In this document: one piece after another, positions 42,569 through 52,073 of the stretch | How positions within the stretch are numbered: position 1 is the stretch's first letter | How the letters are laid out: each line of letters begins with the position of its first letter | Origin: a virus | Taxonomy: Duplodnaviria > Caudoviricetes | IMG/VR virus record: IMGVR_UViG_3300030620_000005 | Span: 8,096-72,095 of that record | DNA: 64,000 nucleotides | Strand: one strand, 5' to 3' | The notes under the pieces: generated by a model | What the model was told of the DNA's origin: nothing | The model's input: the letters and a program-made list of their open reading frames with translations, nothing else | The model's database searches: none | Position numbers and translations under genes: made by a program

Positions 42569-43108
42569 TCAGCCCGCCTCCAGCAGGCGCCCTTGCGCCG
42601 CCTCCAGTGCTGCAACGCGCTGCTCGTGCGGCAAGTCGAGAGCATCGAGGGCAGCGCCGAGCGCGTTCGCCACCAACTCGCCTTCGAGATCCAGGCGTCG
42701 TTCCAAGGCCACCATCACTCCAGCGTCTACAGCCTGTTTCGCCGTGCTCGCGGCGAGCTTGCGTTCCTCACGGGACTGGGCGAGCCACGGCTGTAGCGCC
42801 TTGGGCGGCTGAAGCGGATCCCCGCCGCCGGCAACATGCTCGCGCAACTGCTGAAAAATGATGTTGTCGGTCCATGCCGCGCGGGCTGCGGCCGCGCGTA
42901 CAAGGCCGAGCAGCGCCTCATGCGGGGTGACGTTCCGTTCGGCTGCGAGTTCTTGTGCCATGGCCCATGCCTCCTCAACGTGCTTCTGCCCGCCGCGGTG
43001 CCAGATGCAGGTTCCGTACCCGGGATGCGTGGTTCCTTGTCCGGCGGGTTTGTCGCACATGCGGCCGTTCAGGTTGCGGGCGGGGCACCGCGCCGGGTAG
43101 GCGGTCAT
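42569..43108 (-). CDS. terS: Probable terminase small subunit
   Basis: C..C..C.WHRGG N-terminus with helical body; first gene of the late region; late-promoter variant upstream. Confidence 0.65.
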   Translation of the reverse strand: MTAYPARCPARNLNGRMCDKPAGQGTTHPGYGTCIWHRGGQKHVEEAWAMAQELAAERNVTPHEALLGLVRAAAARAAWTDNIIFQQLREHVAGGGDPLQPPKALQPWLAQSREERKLAASTAKQAVDAGVMVALERRLDLEGELVANALGAALDALDLPHEQRVAALEAAQGRLLEAG

Positions 43109-43212
43109 AGGGGTGATTGTGGCCCGGCGCGCGGTGGTGATCTTCCGGGCGCATACGGAGGCCCGGCCACGCACGGGGCGTGAGCCGGGCCAGTCGGCGG
43201 TTGCGGGGCTGG

Positions 43213-43854
43213 TCAGGACACGGCGACGCGCACCGAGTCACCGAGCCAACTGTCCGTGTAGGTCACGTACTCCGGCGTGAATTTGCCTTCGCCTGTGATG
43301 CTGCCGGAGACGTTCTCGCCCGGGGCCAGCTTCACGGTGTCGATCTGGTTCTCGTCGGCCGCGAGCTTGTGGGAGTGCTTCGTTCCCTTGCTGTCGGTGA
43401 TTGCGAAGTACAGCGGGTTGACGCTGATCGTGTCGTCGCTGTTGTTCGTGACGGTCACCTTGACGCTGGTGTAGTTGCTGCCGTCGGCGAGGATGCTCGG
43501 GGCGAACGCCGTCTCCTTCGCGGTGACCTTGACGGGCGGGTCTGGCTCGGGCTCCTCTTCGGCGGGCTCCTCCTGCTCCGCCTCAGCCTCAGCCTCAGTG
43601 TCCTCGTCGGCGCCGTTGTCCTTGGCGGTGGCGCCGGAGCTGACCGTGCTGCCCTTACTGCTGCTGTCGTCGGAGCCGCCGCCGAGGGCAGCACCGATGA
43701 TGCCGATGATGACGAGCAGTGCGAAGACGCCGGCGCAGCCGAGGCCGATGGTCTTCCCGGTGCTGTTCTTCTTCGGCGGGGGTGGTGGGGGTGTGCCCCA
43801 TCCGGGTTGTTGTGGTCCGCCCCATCCGGGTTGCTGCGGGTATTGCTGGCTCAA
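43213..43854 (-). CDS. DUF4352-like membrane-anchored protein
   Basis: Pro/Gln N-terminus, one TM helix, VKVTVTNNSDDTISVNPLYFAITDSKG Ig-like domain. Confidence 0.8.
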   Translation of the reverse strand: MSQQYPQQPGWGGPQQPGWGTPPPPPPKKNSTGKTIGLGCAGVFALLVIIGIIGAALGGGSDDSSSKGSTVSSGATAKDNGADEDTEAEAEAEQEEPAEEEPEPDPPVKVTAKETAFAPSILADGSNYTSVKVTVTNNSDDTISVNPLYFAITDSKGTKHSHKLAADENQIDTVKLAPGENVSGSITGEGKFTPEYVTYTDSWLGDSVRVAVS

Positions 43855-43965
43855 GGTTCCCCCCTTGTAGCGGTGTGCGTGAGATGGGGGACGTTATCCG
43901 ATGTAGGTGGGGTGTGAAGGGGTGGGGTGTTTCTGTTACCGGGCTGGAGCGAATCGGTGAAGACG

Positions 43966-43998
43966 AAAGGGCCCGCTCCCGGGTGGGGGCGGGCCTTC
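43966..43998 (-). terminator. Intrinsic terminator
   Basis: AAGGCCCGCCCCC/GGGAGCGGGCCCTTT stem followed by TTTCGT on the minus strand. Confidence 0.7.
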
Positions 43999-44011
43999 GG
44001 CGTGCGCGGGG

Positions 44012-44293
44012 TCAGGCGTCGTAGACGCATCCCTCGTGCGGGAAGTTGCACGGCCTGGGGTGCGACTTGGAGGCGTCGCGGACGGCGATGATGGCGCCGA
44101 TCTCGTCCATGCTGAGGCCCTTGACGAGGCGGTAGCTCTCGCGCCAGTAGTCGGCCTCCATGTACTGGGCGTCGTTGTCGGCGAGGAGGGTTGTGGCGAT
44201 CTCGCGGAGTTCGTCCATGTCGAGGCCTGGTGTGGTGAGGCGGGCGCGGATCGCGTCGATCTGCTCGTTCGTCATGGGGCTGCTGCTGGGCAT
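44012..44293 (-). CDS. Hypothetical protein
   Basis: Natural 93-aa ORF. Confidence 0.65.
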   Translation of the reverse strand: MPSSSPMTNEQIDAIRARLTTPGLDMDELREIATTLLADNDAQYMEADYWRESYRLVKGLSMDEIGAIIAVRDASKSHPRPCNFPHEGCVYDA

Positions 44294-44376
44294 CAGGGGC
44301 TCCTGTCGGCGGCGGGTTGGGCGTATGGCGGGGGTCAGGCGGGGCGCCCCGTCTCGGGCGCCCCGCGGAGTCCTGG

Positions 44377-44811
44377 TCAGCTCTCCCAGCCTCGGGCGAC
44401 GTCCCGGGCGCGGCGGAGCGCGGACGCGAGCGGCATGCGCTGCGCCTCCGGGATGTGCATGCTCACGGTGACGTCCCGGACTGCCGAGTCGTAGCGGACA
44501 TCAGTAACGGTCAGGACCATGCCGCCTTCGACTGGGGCCACGGTGAGCTCGTCGTCCAACGCGGTGGCGTGCTCCCATACGGTGCGGGTGTCGAGGGCGT
44601 GGAGCAGGCTGACCATGTAGGTCGTGGTGATGCCGATCTCCGCAGTCTGCGCGTGGCTTGCGGTGATGCGGACCATGATCTCGGCGTAGCCGCGGGCTTC
44701 GCGGAGGCCGGCGGGGATGACGCGCAGGGTGGTGGCGTCGGGGGTGGTGTGCTCCCAGGGTTGGGGGGTGAGTTCGGCGATGACCTGGTTGAGGGCGGTG
44801 TGGAAGTCCAC
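44377..44811 (-). CDS. Hypothetical protein
   Basis: GTG start after AAGGAG; 144 aa. Confidence 0.7.
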   Translation of the reverse strand: MDFHTALNQVIAELTPQPWEHTTPDATTLRVIPAGLREARGYAEIMVRITASHAQTAEIGITTTYMVSLLHALDTRTVWEHATALDDELTVAPVEGGMVLTVTDVRYDSAVRDVTVSMHIPEAQRMPLASALRRARDVARGWES

Positions 44812-44829
44812 GGGGGTTCTCCTTCGGGT

Positions 44830-45039
44830 TCAGGCGGGTGTGATGGAGTGGGCGCGGACGCAGGACGCGACGGTCCGCCCGGTGTCGTCTGCGAGTTGGA
44901 AGCGGACGGCGCCGTCGCCGAGGTTGCCGCAGTTCAGGCACGTGCAGGGGTAGGTGCGGTGGGTGCCGTGGAGATCAGTGAGGGTGCCGTGGTAGCGGAC
45001 GCGGGTGCCGGGTTCCCAGCGGATCAGCGGGTTCAGCAT
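44830..45039 (-). CDS. Small protein (paralog of 45058-45261)
   Basis: GTRVRYHGTL..CTC..RFQL.D.TGR..VR..SITP. Confidence 0.65.
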   Translation of the reverse strand: MLNPLIRWEPGTRVRYHGTLTDLHGTHRTYPCTCLNCGNLGDGAVRFQLADDTGRTVASCVRAHSITPA

Positions 45040-45057
45040 GGCGGCGTTCCGATCCGG

Positions 45058-45261
45058 TCAGGTAGGGGTGAGTGAGGTGGGTCGGACGTGCCATGCCGCG
45101 GTGCGGCCGGTGTCGGGGTCGGTGAGTTTGAAGCGTGGCTGGTCGATGGCGTGGGCGCGGCGGCAGGAGCAGAGCCACGCGCGGTAGGTGCGGCCGCGCT
45201 GGTGGGTGATGCTGCCGTGGTAGGTGACGGGCTGGCCCTCGGTGTACGGGTAGGTGAGCAC
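45058..45261 (-). CDS. Small protein (paralog of 44830-45039)
   Basis: GQPVTYHGSI..CSC..RFKL.D.TGR..VR..SLTP. Confidence 0.65.
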   Translation of the reverse strand: MLTYPYTEGQPVTYHGSITHQRGRTYRAWLCSCRRAHAIDQPRFKLTDPDTGRTAAWHVRPTSLTPT

Positions 45262-45273
45262 GAGCGGGGCTCC

Positions 45274-45660
45274 TCAGGCGGCGAGTGCGGTGGCGAGCCA
45301 GAGGACGGCGATGAGGACCGGCTGTCCGCTGGCGTAGGCCGCTGCGGTGAGCTCGCGCACGGGGGCATCGATCGTGGCGAGGACGGCGCGGGCGGTGTCG
45401 GGCAGGTGCTCGTCGGCGGGGTGGCAGGCGATACCGAGCATGCGGGCGAAGGTGTCGCCCTGGCGCATGCGGTAGGCGTCGGCGTGGTTGGCGCGGTCGT
45501 CGATGATCGGCTGGTTGTAGCCGACGGGGAGGCGGCGGCGGTCGATCTGGGAGAGGTAGTTGTCGGCGGCGGCCTGGATGATGCGGCGGCGGCCTGGGGT
45601 GGTGTGGGTGAGGGCGGTGAGGGCGTGGCGGGTTTGGCGGGTTTGGGTGGGGGTGGTCAT
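45274..45660 (-). CDS. Hypothetical protein
   Basis: 128-aa ORF after AAGGAG. Confidence 0.65.
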   Translation of the reverse strand: MTTPTQTRQTRHALTALTHTTPGRRRIIQAAADNYLSQIDRRRLPVGYNQPIIDDRANHADAYRMRQGDTFARMLGIACHPADEHLPDTARAVLATIDAPVRELTAAAYASGQPVLIAVLWLATALAA

Positions 45661-45718
45661 CGGGGTCTCCTTGCGGGCCGTGCTGGCCTGGGTCGTCTGC
45701 TGCGCCGTGGAGTTGGTC

Positions 45719-46102
45719 TCAGGCGGCCTCCGCGTAGCGGGAGGCGAGCAGGTGCTGCGTGCCCTTGTAGCTGTAGAGGCCCTCGTACAGCGCCTCGTCG
45801 ACGACCCCGTAGGCGTAGACGTGAATCCAACGGCCGGTGGTGCGGTGCTGCGTCCAGACCTTGACGGTGTCGCCGCCGTTCGCCGCGCGGTAGGCCTTCG
45901 CCACGTGCCGGCCGAACCAGCTCTTCACGCCGTCCTTCAGATCTCCGCCGCCGACCCGCTCCAGGAAGTCGCCGGTCCGCACGAGCCGGCCGGCTTCGAC
46001 GGCTGCGGCGATGTGGCCGGAGAGGGTGCGGTAGCCGAGGGCCTTGGTGGTGCGGACCGCGGTGCGGAGGGTGTTGCGGCGGGTGCGGGTCTTGGCGTTC
46101 AT
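45719..46102 (-). CDS. Basic hypothetical protein
   Basis: 127 aa; first gene after a consensus promoter. Confidence 0.7.
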   Translation of the reverse strand: MNAKTRTRRNTLRTAVRTTKALGYRTLSGHIAAAVEAGRLVRTGDFLERVGGGDLKDGVKSWFGRHVAKAYRAANGGDTVKVWTQHRTTGRWIHVYAYGVVDEALYEGLYSYKGTQHLLASRYAEAA

Positions 46103-46133
46103 CTCGGGGTCCCCTCGTTGCGGTGATACCTAC

Positions 46134-46177
46134 ATGGTAGGCCTACCGCATTACGCATGTCAACTAGACTAGGCCTA
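46134..46177 (-). promoter_or_regulatory. TTGACA-N18-TACCAT promoter overlapped by palindrome GGTAGGCCTACC (46136-46147), with a second TAGGCCTA at 46170-46177
   Basis: Consensus -35 (46163-46158) and -10 (46139-46134) read directly from the sequence. Confidence 0.72.
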
Positions 46178-46198
46178 TCCAATGAGGCAAACTGGGGG

Positions 46199-46433
46199 TA
46201 TGCCCACCACCGCCGAACTCACAGCCATCCGTACCCGCTACGAGGAAGCCGTCGCCGCCGCCGAAGCCGAACGCACCGCCGCCGTGAAGGCGGCCCTCGC
46301 CGCTGGCACCCCGCAGAAGGACCTCGTCGACGCCACCGGCTACACGCGCGAAACTCTGCGCCGGATCGCCAACCCCGAGGCAGCCGAGGCCATCCGCAAC
46401 GCCCGCCGGACGAAGAAGGAGCAGACCGCATGA
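46199..46433 (+). CDS. Small HTH regulator, probably leaderless
   Basis: TPQKDLVDATGYTRETLRRI; ATG 6 nt after CAAACT. Confidence 0.75.
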
Positions 46434-49352
46434 GCTACCGCCCGTACCCCAACCCGACCCGCGCCCGTCACCAGATCGAGCGCCACGACGACGAGACCCC
46501 TCCGCTGCCGGACGGTTCGGGGCGTCCGCTCTCGCCGTTCGAGCAGCACGTCATGGCGGGCGTGGAGGGTATGGGTGAAGCGCTGCGCCCGCAGTTGGAA
46601 GCGATGGGCAGGTCCCTGCTCGCCGCGTTCCGGCCGCGCCCGGCGAGCAGCGAGGAGAAGACCGCATGAGCACCGTCTACACCGTCGACGAACTCTCGAC
46701 CATGCACAGATGCCCAGGACGAAGCGACTTCTCCACCGAAGAGGCATACCAACTGACCGCAGGAACGTACTTCGCGTTGATGCGTGAACGCGTACTCACC
46801 AAGGCCGAGACGACTGCCCGCCGTGAGGCATTGGCCGACATCTACGCCGGCAACGGACACGTGATCGCGTTCGACTATTGCGGGACTCCCATCAAGCGCG
46901 GCGACACGGTCCGGGCGTGGCGGCACGGGAAAGGCTTCGGCTGCGTCGTGCGGTTGGTGGACAGTCACCGCCTCTCTGATGATGTGAACAGCCCGTTCAG
47001 GGTCGAGCTTGTGCGCTGTGATGACGGCGTTGAGGTGGAGCGTTGGTCGGACCAGGTTCAGAGTGAGGAGACGAGCACATGAGCGACAACGCCACCCCCG
47101 AGCCCGAGCCGCAGCCCCTCTCCGGGAAAGACATGGAACGCCTGCTGCTCCTCGCCGACTGGAGTGGACCGGCCCCTGCCGAGGCGCTGGGCTGGACGGA
47201 ACGGACGTTGGACGAGGCGTTTGAGCGGAACAACGCGGAGTTGAGGCGAGCAGCCGAGCGGCTCAGTGAGCGCCCGACGACCGGCGAGGAGCAGACCGGA
47301 TGAGCGCAGCGACGCCCGTACCAGGCACGACCCGCTACCTGTGCCCCCTCGAATGCGGCTGGCACCACGACGTCCCGCCAGTCAGCCTTGAGCGGCTCGC
47401 CGAACTGGGCGCCGCCATCGACCCGGCCGTGGACGTCAGCGACGTGACCTCGTTTGCGCGCCAGGCGTACCTCGCGGAGGCGCGGCAGACGGATGCCGTG
47501 GCGCGGGAGCATCTGGCCACGCACACGACGGAGCAGTTCGTACGGACGATCCAGGTCCTGCGTGCCGAGGTGGCCGCGCTTCGGGACCGCCCGACCAGCA
47601 GCGAGGATGCGACCGAGTGAGCGCCCTACGCCCCGCCACGCTCGACGAATACCTGACCTGGCTACGCGCCTGGCTCACGCCCTGCCGGCCACCCACGCAC
47701 GCCTACGACTACCCGTGGTCCCGGTGGACGTGGCTCACCGCCACCCGCGACTTCACGCTCGGCGGGGAGTGCGGGGCGAACGCTGTGCACATCCTCGTGC
47801 CTGACGGAATCGACTACGCGCGCGGCGACATCGGACACAACGAGCTGTACTTCATGAACGGCCCCGTGCAGTGCGGCGGCCTGGTGCCGGTGTTCTCCGA
47901 CCCGGTGTTCCAGTCGCTGCCTGGTGTGCCGGAGTTCATCGCGGCTGAGCGGCTGAAGGAGGCCGCGTGGATGCGGGAGCAGGATGAGGCCGAAGAGCAG
48001 CGGCGACGGATGGCGGCAGACAGCGACGTGCCCCGGTGCGCCTGGTGAGCGGCGAGGAGACGAGCAGGCGAGAGTGGAAGCCGGGCGAGACGATCGGCCC
48101 GCAGGACTTCGGGACCACCCCCGCCGGCCCCAACCCGATCGGTGATGCGATGAAGCGGGATCTGGCGCGCCGGGCTGACGAGATGCTCGCGCAGCGAGGA
48201 GGCAAACGGATGAGCCGCGAGCACGTCCTCTCCCACCTCTACGTCATCTTCTACGACAACCAGCAAGGCCTCGGCCTCTGCGGCTGCGGCAACCCCGAAG
48301 CCGCCTACGACCTCATCCGAGACCTCCTCAGCCTCGCCCCCTTCTACGAAGACTCCCGCTGGAAGACCGCCGAATCCCTGACCGGGAACATCCCCGGCGC
48401 GCACCACATCGTCCTCGGTGCCATGGACCGAGCCGGGCTGATCGAGCACGGATCGAGCCAGAACGGGGCGTGGCTCACGGACAAGGGCGAGTGGTGCCTG
48501 GCCGCTATGCGGACGGCGGAATTCGACGACCTCGATCAGCACGGCTATCCGCACGATGGTGAGGCGTGCACGGACGCCTGCTGGCGCCTACCCGCTGAGG
48601 AGCGCACATGACCGACACGATCCGTCGCCGTAGCCTCCCCGACAGCCTCCGATGGCTCGCCGACAAACTCGACTCCGGCACCCTCACCGACGCCGAGACA
48701 GCCGGGGTCGCGCTGACGCTGCACTCCCTCGCCGAAGAAGTCGTGAGCGTCAACCGATGCGTGTCCGTCGGCGGGCACGACCGAAGGTGCGAACTCGGAA
48801 GCGGCCACGGCGGCTTGCACGAGAACAACGAGTTCTTCGGACTGAAGTGGGCCAACCATCCCGGAGACCCGGCAGACGCGGGCCCGGTGCGCCCGGGCGA
48901 GGAGACCACCACATGAGCTGGTCGAAGCCCTACTACACCCCGGCCGAGGGCGTGCAGGACCGGGAAGCCTTCCGCGCGATGCTCGCCCGTCTCAACATCG
49001 ACAGCCACATCACGGTCAACGGGACGATCGCCATCGACCAGGCCGGGATGGAGCAGTTGGCCGCCTGGTTCGCCGAGCATGGCGACATGGTCCAGGCCGA
49101 CGCGATTCAGCGGGCAATCGACGAGGAGCCCACACTATGAGCGACCCACTCAACTTCCTGATCAAGCTCCGGAAGTGCCTCAAGCCAGACTGCATGCGCA
49201 AGGTCAAGGAAAACGTGGCGTACTGCTGCTCACCCTGCGCCACGGCCGCAGACGGCAAATACGAGATCCACGAACACAGCGAGTGGTGCGACAAGCGCAA
49301 CGACGAGCGTGGAGAGTGCGACGAGTACGAAGCGCTCCTGCTGAGGCAGTAA
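46430..49352 (+). other. Translationally coupled run of about 9-10 small hypothetical genes (46430-46669, 46666-47082, 47079-47303, 47300-47620, 47617-48048, 48045-48611, 48608-48916, 48913-49140, 49137-49352)
   Basis: Successive ATGA/GTGA overlaps, most preceded by GAGGAG-like Shine-Dalgarno sequences. Confidence 0.75.
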
Positions 49353-49370
49353 CCGGACCACCGCATGACG

Positions 49371-49400
49371 AAGGCCCCGCCGGGAAACCAGCGGGGCCTT
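49371..49400. terminator. Bidirectional terminator AAGGCCCCGC/GCGGGGCCTT
   Basis: Perfect 10-bp stem between convergent genes. Confidence 0.8.
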
Positions 49401-49410
49401 TCCGTGCCGC

Positions 49411-49983
49411 CTACTTGCCGACCAGCCACTCCACCGGCTCATCCAAATCCTGCGGCGAATACAGAACCCGCTCCGCACGCCCGAACCCATCCGGCACCTC
49501 GAAGAAGACGTTCCCCCGCACGCAGTCCCCACCCCGCACCTTCGCATCCATCGGATACACCGGCTGCGGCAACTCGGGCGCACTCATATGGAACGGCTCC
49601 ATCCGCGCCCCGTCCTCGTAGGCCAGAGACCACACGAACGGGCTCACCGTCACCGGCTCATCGTCCTTGTTGCACACCTTCACCTCGACCAGGGCCAGCT
49701 TCAGCCCAGCTTGCAGCATTCCCGGCGGACTGGTGACGCCCTTGTCCTTGTAGGCGAACGCGGCGGCGGAGAAGTCGTAGCCGCCCGCGTTGACGTTGAC
49801 GGTGTCCCCGAGGCGCAGCGTCTCCTTGCTGGGTGACGGGCTCGGACTCGGGGTCGGCTTCGTGGCGGTGGCCGACGGCGTGTCGGTGGCTTTCGACACG
49901 GTGGGCTTATCGGAGCCGTTGGAGCAGCCGGCGGTGAGTCCGGCGAGCAGCAGGGCAGCGGTGATCACAGTGGTGTTGCGCAT
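49411..49983 (-). CDS. DUF4352-like lipoprotein
   Basis: Lipobox LTAGC; LVEVKVCNKDDEPVTVSPFVWSLAYEDG; GDCVRGNVFFEVP. Confidence 0.82.
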   Translation of the reverse strand: MRNTTVITAALLLAGLTAGCSNGSDKPTVSKATDTPSATATKPTPSPSPSPSKETLRLGDTVNVNAGGYDFSAAAFAYKDKGVTSPPGMLQAGLKLALVEVKVCNKDDEPVTVSPFVWSLAYEDGARMEPFHMSAPELPQPVYPMDAKVRGGDCVRGNVFFEVPDGFGRAERVLYSPQDLDEPVEWLVGK

Positions 49984-50052
49984 GGTCCCCCCAAGGACGT
50001 TGTGGTGGGCGGGATCGTAGCGGCCAGTACCGACACAGCGTGCGGGAACGGC

Positions 50053-50094
50053 GAAGGCCTCACCGCCCGGGGGGAATTCAGCGGTGAGGCCTTC
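50053..50094. terminator. Terminator after traB
   Basis: Perfect 14-bp stem GAAGGCCTCACCGC/GCGGTGAGGCCTTC. Confidence 0.8.
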
Positions 50095-50109
50095 AGAGGT
50101 GCCGGGCGT

Positions 50110-50254
50110 GACCCGGCGCGTAGCTGCCAGTGTGGCAGGAACGGCAACTGGTCAGGGGTCGGAACGCGGGGCGAGCGGCGGCCAGCGGGCCCGACCCGTA
50201 GGCCGTCGAAGTCCGACCCCGTATCCGACCCGCCCACCACCGCGTTGACCTGCG
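50110..50254. repeat. Candidate clt locus: co-oriented 8-mers GACCCGGC, GACCCGTA, GACCCCGT, GACCCGCC, GACCTGCG
   Basis: At 50110, 50193, 50215, 50227 and 50247, directly downstream of traB. Confidence 0.55.
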
Positions 50255-50257
50255 CGT

Positions 50258-52018
50258 TCACTGCGTCGCTATGGCCTGCGCCTCCCACGCCTCCGCTGGC
50301 AGGATCCGCCACGTCTGGGTGTCGGCGCAGCGCTCCACTTCCGGGCCGAGCGCACGGGCCGCATCGAGGACCTGCTTCTCCGTGAGCCCGGTCGCGGCCT
50401 CCAGTTCGCGGCGTGTGCAGTTCCCGTACTTCGCCAGCGCGGCCCTCACCTTGTCCTGATTCGTCCCCCCGCTGACGGGCAGGACCAGCCGCTTCCCCAC
50501 CGGGGCCTTCACCGTATCCGCGCCGATCCGGGCGACCTCCGCCGTGAACTCGTCCTTCGTCAGCCACATGCCCTTGTACGGGGCCGGCTGCTGGTGGTCC
50601 GGGGACTGGAGGAGGAACTTTCCGGGCGCGTCGAGGTCGCCGGGTTCCCATCCGGGGGTGGTGCCGAAGATGAACCGGCGGTGGTCGCGGTCCGCCATGC
50701 GCGTGCTGATGCGGACGCTGTAGTTGCCGCGGGCGTCGGTGGTCCCGCCGAAGACTTTCCGGGACGGCTGCTGGGTGGCGGCGATCAGATGAATGCCCGC
50801 GAACCGGGCCAAAGCGAGCAGAGATTCCAGCTTCCTCGTTGCCGGATCCTTCTTCCACGGGCCGACATCGGCCTGCCGGACCAGCTCGCCCAGCTCGTCG
50901 AACACCGCCCACAGTGCAGGCCGGCCGTGCTTGACCGGGTCCCACTCCTGGTCGCCAGCATCCGCGAGGATCTGTCCGCGCTCGCCGAGCTCCTGCTTCA
51001 GCCAGTCGAGGAAGGCGTGCGCCTGCTCCGGGGTCTGCGCGAGGTCTTGGAGGATCGGCAGCATCGGCGTCATCTCCGGCGCTCCCGGTTTGAGGTCGCA
51101 GCCGTAGACCACGATGTCCGGGCGGTCCGCGAGCTGGAGAACGATGGACCGAACCAGCGTGGACTTACCGAATTTACTGGACCCGGCTACGAGAGCATGC
51201 GCGTAGGCGAGGTCGATCCACACGGGGTTCAGGAACCGGTCGACGCCGAGAAGGACCGGGTCGCAGAACCGGCCGGCCGTCTGCCGCTGGTAGGGAATCA
51301 CCGTGCTGAGCGGATCGCCGTCAATGAACTTCGCGATCAACTGGCTCGTCAGCGCCCCGTCCTCCAGGACGAACTCCCCGGCCACGCCGAGCCCGCCGGC
51401 CACCTTGGGCCAGGCGCCCCGGAGCTTCGTCCGGTCGAGAGTGACAGGCAGGTCCAGGACGGCCGTCCACCCTGTCCGGGTCCGCTCGACCGCGCATCCG
51501 GGCAGTTCAGCGCCGAACAGCTCGTGCATAACGGTCCTGATCCGGGTCTCCTCCACCGTCCGTCCGGACAGATCCGGACCTGTCCGGACGGGCTCCGGAG
51601 CCGTCATCTTGGCGAGGTGCTGGAGCTTGATCTGCTGGCCGATGCGGGCGGTCTCCAGCCGTACCGACTCCTGCTCGACCTTCAGATCGTCGTGCCGGGT
51701 GTGGTGCCGGTACACCACCCGGCAGCCCGCCGCCGCGGCAACAGCGACGAGCCACGCGTAGACGCCGGCCGCTCCATCCAGCGCGCCGGTGGCCCACGCC
51801 TGCCCGAACGCCCCGGCCGCCGCGGTGGAGCCCCAGGCCAGGGCGGGCGGCCACTTCTTCGAGAACACAGTCCAGGCGAGACTCCCGGTCGCGATTGCGG
51901 CACCGAACTCGACCGCGGCGGCGGTGGTGCCGTACTGCCAGTCCGCGACCAGGGCGGTGGCGGAGACGAGGGTGGGCGCGGCGAGGGCGGCGGCCAAGTC
52001 GGTGCGGGTGAGCTTCAC
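50258..52018 (-). CDS. traB: FtsK/SpoIIIE-family conjugative DNA translocase (Streptomyces TraB-like)
   Basis: N-terminal TM helices; Walker A GSSKFGKS; Walker B AVFDE; ARFAGIHLIAATQQP; C-terminal winged helix CTRRELEAATGLTEKQV. Confidence 0.88.
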   Translation of the reverse strand: MKLTRTDLAAALAAPTLVSATALVADWQYGTTAAAVEFGAAIATGSLAWTVFSKKWPPALAWGSTAAAGAFGQAWATGALDGAAGVYAWLVAVAAAAGCRVVYRHHTRHDDLKVEQESVRLETARIGQQIKLQHLAKMTAPEPVRTGPDLSGRTVEETRIRTVMHELFGAELPGCAVERTRTGWTAVLDLPVTLDRTKLRGAWPKVAGGLGVAGEFVLEDGALTSQLIAKFIDGDPLSTVIPYQRQTAGRFCDPVLLGVDRFLNPVWIDLAYAHALVAGSSKFGKSTLVRSIVLQLADRPDIVVYGCDLKPGAPEMTPMLPILQDLAQTPEQAHAFLDWLKQELGERGQILADAGDQEWDPVKHGRPALWAVFDELGELVRQADVGPWKKDPATRKLESLLALARFAGIHLIAATQQPSRKVFGGTTDARGNYSVRISTRMADRDHRRFIFGTTPGWEPGDLDAPGKFLLQSPDHQQPAPYKGMWLTKDEFTAEVARIGADTVKAPVGKRLVLPVSGGTNQDKVRAALAKYGNCTRRELEAATGLTEKQVLDAARALGPEVERCADTQTWRILPAEAWEAQAIATQ

Positions 52019-52073
52019 GGCGGCTCCGTAAACGGTGCGGCCCCCGCGGTCAGGCGGGGGCCAGGGCGGGCGG

